Below, piece by piece: positions 60,002 to 64,000 of a stretch of DNA of 64,000 nt. Origin of the DNA: Euprymna scolopes (lineage: Eukaryota). The stretch is taken from NCBI GenBank assembly GCA_053919585.1, contig CM132784.1. One strand, written 5' to 3'. Under the pieces are notes generated by a model that worked only from the letters and a program-made list of their open reading frames with translations, ran no database searches and had not been told where the DNA came from. The stretch's first letter is position 1, and each line of letters starts with the position of its first letter. The position numbers and the translations under genes were made by a program.

Positions 60002-61830
60002 TAGCATGGGTACCCGGCGTTGCCTGGTTTGACTTGAAATTCCGTTTGAAATACGCCTGCTATACTAATCATTTTCATCATGGGTAACGTGGATACACCC
60101 ACAACAATTTCAAAAATAAAAGAATGGATAAAAACATGTAAATGTAATCGCCTCCAAAAGAAGTATCTGATACCCTCTCCACCAGATATTTCGGCAGAAG
60201 GGATCACTGTCCTAAGAAAACTCACGATTTTGTAAACTGAAAACAAATAACGTTTATAAACATTAATGCGTGCATTTAGTTTTTATTTTGGTAAATGTGT
60301 AGTTTAGCGGCGTAAATTATTTGCTAGACAAAAAATATAAAAACTTTATTTTCATATAAAACACATTGTTAGACCAAAAGGCTGAAATAGAATAAAAAAA
60401 AGATCATTTTTATTACTTTTTTATCATTTATATTTATTATTCGAGGTCGCTATATTGCTTTTAAAATTTAGCCTTTGGAAGATTTGGTAGATTGGCCTTT
60501 GTAAGCTCTTTCATGAACTATGTTTTTGGCCGCCATATCTTTTTGTAATGAAAGAGCGTAAAAAGGCCAAATTTGGCCTTAAAAAGCCAATTTGCCAAAC
60601 CTAAAAAAGACTAAATTTTAAACGTGTAAGGCGTGCACATTTAATCTAATAAAAAATGATTAAAAAAAACCATAAAAATGATTTTTTTGCTTTATTTCAG
60701 CCTTTAGGTCTAATAATATTTTATATAAAAATAAATAGTTTTTATAATTTTTTTGTTTCTAATGTAATCCTCCCCCCCCACAAAAATGTAATTTGTCATA
60801 TTTTGGGCTTTGTTTTGTTAAATTGTTAGGTGAAAGTAGAGAATTGTCTCATGAAAAGTAATTATATTTATCGTTATTTTATGTTTCCAATGTTATTTCC
60901 AACCAGTTCTCCCCCCCACTGTATCGCCAAACTTAAAAAAAAATGCTAACGGTGACATGTCTCGTTGAACGCTTGGTGGCCAAAAAGTGGGTGGTCATTT
61001 TACGTTAACTTTACACAGAAAAGTGACCCCCCACTCTAACATGTTTTTTTTCAAAATTTCTTCTCTCATAATATTTATAAAGGCTGTTTTAATGTATTAG
61101 GCTGAAAAAAAGTAGATTCCATTTTTTAGGGGTTAAACGCTACTGGGTCACGTCGTATAAAGTTACCTTTTTAATTAGCAAATTAAGTTTGTAATCGAAG
61201 AAATTAATGCGAAAAAATAAAAAAAAATTGTAAATTGTGGAATTTAGAGGGGGAGCAGTAGACCTTTATTTATTTAGGTATTAAACGACGCTGAATTACG
61301 TTGTAAAAATGTACCGGTTTTTGTATTGCCGTAAGGAATAAAATAAAACAAACAGTTTTTTTCGTAACTGTTTTTTTTAATATTAAAAAAAATAACAATA
61401 AAAGTCAAACATTTTTCTATCTACATGGAATTATTTTTCCGTCTAGAAACTTTATGAAATTACTAAATGATATTTGGTAAATGTTTTTTTATGGATAGCA
61501 TCTAGGGGCAAATAACTCTAAAAAAGTTTTTAAAAAAGGTCGCTGGAAATATTGATTCCAAAATAAGTTGAATTAAATATATTATCAATATAATTGTTGT
61601 TTAAAATTTATTAAATAACAATTTTAAATGGAATACTTGAAATAATTCTCTCGCTAAAAAAATTAACAAAGATACTGCCATTTAGTAAAATCAATTTTTC
61701 TTAATGTCATATGCAAATAAGGTGATCTCTTAATTGTATATTTTATGAAAGATTTAAGACACGTTTTGTATATATTAATCAAATTGTGAATAAACAAACA
61801 GACAGGAATACGAATATATACGGACGAGAC
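60001..61830 (-). mobile_element. Larger Helitron-like element with an internal ~430-bp foldback (60328-60758)
   Basis: The 3' end ttagcatgggtacccggcgttgcctgg resembles the H3 ends. Internal inverted arms at ~60330-60410 and ~60675-60755. The 5' boundary is uncertain. Confidence 0.45.
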
Positions 61831-61894
61831 TCAGGGACTAAGGAATGACGGTGGAGAATTGTATATTTTTGTTCCAATTCTAGCTGATGGCACC

Positions 61895-61932
<38 letters not shown>

Positions 61933-62200
61933 TTGATCTCATTACTATATAATAGTCGATTGAGAATTGTCTCTTATAATGAATCTACTTAATATATTAT
62001 AGTTTTTTTTTTACCTATTCCAGCTTCAACCAGTGACCTACTCTGACGGCAAAATATATTATTGTATAAGTATTTTTTTCCTTTTGGTTGACTTTTATAC
62101 TAGTTTATTCTGACAATGTTTAATGTTATAATTATTCGTAACTTCGGTTTTTTTTCCACTATATTATTTTGAATTCGGGAATTTTTCAGTCGAAATCTGG

Positions 62201-62472
62201 TTGGTTGGTTGTTTTGGTTTACAGCATATCAACCCTTTTCAGGTTATTTAATCCCAAATCTGGTGATTTTGAAGAACGACTTTTTAATATAGCATATTTG
62301 TTTTTTTAGGTCGTGTTCTATTTTACCTATAGTTGGGATCCTAACAGGTACTACCACTCCGGGTCAGTGTGGACTTGGGAGCAATGGCAATTAAAGGGTG
62401 GCTCCACACTCCCTAAGGCCTGCAAGCTGGGGCCCTCACCATCGGATATAGTTTAAGGTTATATCCAGGACC
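62201..62472 (-). mobile_element. Short non-autonomous retroposon (~270 bp) with 11-bp TSD
   Basis: TSD tcgaaatctgg at 62190-62200 and 62473-62483. The reverse complement begins GGTCCTGGATAT and ends in an (AACC)n tail. Confidence 0.8.
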
Positions 62473-62952
62473 TCGAAATCTGGAATCTGTACAGCATTTC
62501 AGCTGAAACTTGGACTGGCATACTCTCTTTCCATTACTTGTAATGTCCTAAAATTTCACATTTTAAACTGAATTTACTTAATACTTTTTTAAAATATTTT
62601 TTTCATATATTGATATGATGAATGCATATTTTTGAGATGAGGATTGATAATTATTTTTTATATTATTTAGACTTTTATTCTCATCTTGGTTGTTGTTTTT
62701 TCAACGCAAGGTTTTGTAACCTCCAACCATGTTCAAGTGTATTCACATTAGATTAGTGAATAGTGAAAGAAAGTTTGTGTTTGTGTCTCTAACGCCTATG
62801 TTAGTAGGGAAAGCAAAAAAAAAAAAACAACAACATTTTTCATTTCTCATAATAACATCCAGTGTGAATACACCTGAAGATGATCGGAGGTTTTAAAGGG
62901 AAGGATTTATTTTTAACGAGCATTTTATATATAAATATTCCATTCTAAATCT

Positions 62953-63214
62953 GGTCCTGGATATGACCTTAAACGATATCCGATGGTGAGGCCACAGCCT
63001 GCGGGCTTTGGGGAGTGTGAAGCCATCCCTTAATTGCCATTGCTCCCATGTTCATTCTGACCCGGAGTCGTAGTATCCTGTTAGGGTTCCAACTATGAGT
63101 TAAATAGAAACCGACTTGAAAAAAAATTCTATTAAAAAATTGTTCTTCAAAATCACTCTATTCGGCATCAAATAACCTGAAAAGGGTTGATATGTCGTAA
63201 AACAACCAACCAAA
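62953..63214 (+). mobile_element. Second copy of the short retroposon, with 12-bp TSD
   Basis: TSD cattcta(a/g)atct at 62941-62952 and 63215-63226. Begins GGTCCTGGATAT and ends aaaacaaccaaccaaa. Confidence 0.8.
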
Positions 63215-64000
63215 CATTCTAGATCTTTTATATCTTTATCCAAGAATGTAACGTTTGTTCCTCTATGTTCACAGTTTAATTCTAATAATCTATATGGTGC
63301 CGCTTCCACTCTGAAAACGGAAGTGTTAGCATATTAAGTTGTTGCAAAATCTTTAGTAGATTTAAACTTTCAGCTTAAAAATGAATAACTGCGTGTACTT
63401 GAAAATCTTTATTCGTAACAATAACGATCTTTACACTCGATAACTTCATTCTATCAATCAACGAGTTTATAAATTCCTTGATTGTAAAGTTCTTTAGGTT
63501 TTAATGTGAAATATCAACCTAACTCATGTTCACTCTCCGTATGCCATCGAAATGTTTTTGTAAGCCTCAAACAAAAAGATAATTCGAGGTAGCTACGCCA
63601 GGAGAGTATGTAGTATGGGGCGAGATTTTTTAACACATTATTCTAGAAGATCTTTGGCCAGCATTAGTATGTGAGGACGGCCATTACCATGATGGAAGAT
63701 GTCTGTCTTTCTGTTGACCAAAGAAGATCATTTTCGGGTCAACATAGGCGAGGATACTGAAGAAAATAGGAATGATACATTATTATTATTATATGAAAGA
63801 CAACGTTAAATAGAAACATTCGTTTAAGGGCAATATAAGCGAGACTATTGCAGAAAAATATGAATGATACATTAATAATATAAAAGAAAACGGTTATAAA
63901 TCAATTATAGTGATATGTTCAAGTAATAAAAATATGCATGAAATAAATTAGAATGGTTTAAAATGCCTCTTCTATAAACTGGCAAAACGTTTTGCATCGA

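Overview
AT-rich eukaryotic DNA, probably from an invertebrate animal. It is intronic or intergenic draft sequence with eight N gaps of about 130-195 bp and many (TA)n, (CA)n and (GA)n microsatellites. No intact host gene could be supported, and most short ORFs are microsatellite translations or antisense frames of transposons. The window is a dense mosaic of mostly decayed mobile elements. DNA transposons: Tc1/mariner elements (one full-length DD37D/maT copy and two complementary DD41D/rosa fragments), several MITEs and many non-autonomous Helitron-like elements. Non-LTR retroelements: four CR1/Zenon-type APE-RT LINE copies (one near full-length), R4/Dong and RTE remnants, a Naiad-type Penelope-like GIY-YIG fragment with several hammerhead-like termini, and tRNA- and 5S-derived SINE-like pieces. 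LTR element: an internally deleted Gypsy whose gag region has spawned a 41-bp satellite. The most notable observations are (1) a tRNA-like Pol III head fused to a complete minimal type I hammerhead ribozyme inside a ~0.4 kb unit bounded by direct repeats (retrozyme/SM-alpha-like), (2) tRNA-like A/B-box plus T-run cassettes in the same orientation and position in several different Helitron-like families, (3) two independent short retroposon insertions with the same 5' nucleotide, and (4) a GC-rich, structured non-coding leader in front of the LINE ORF2. Family assignments come from manual motif recognition, not database searches.
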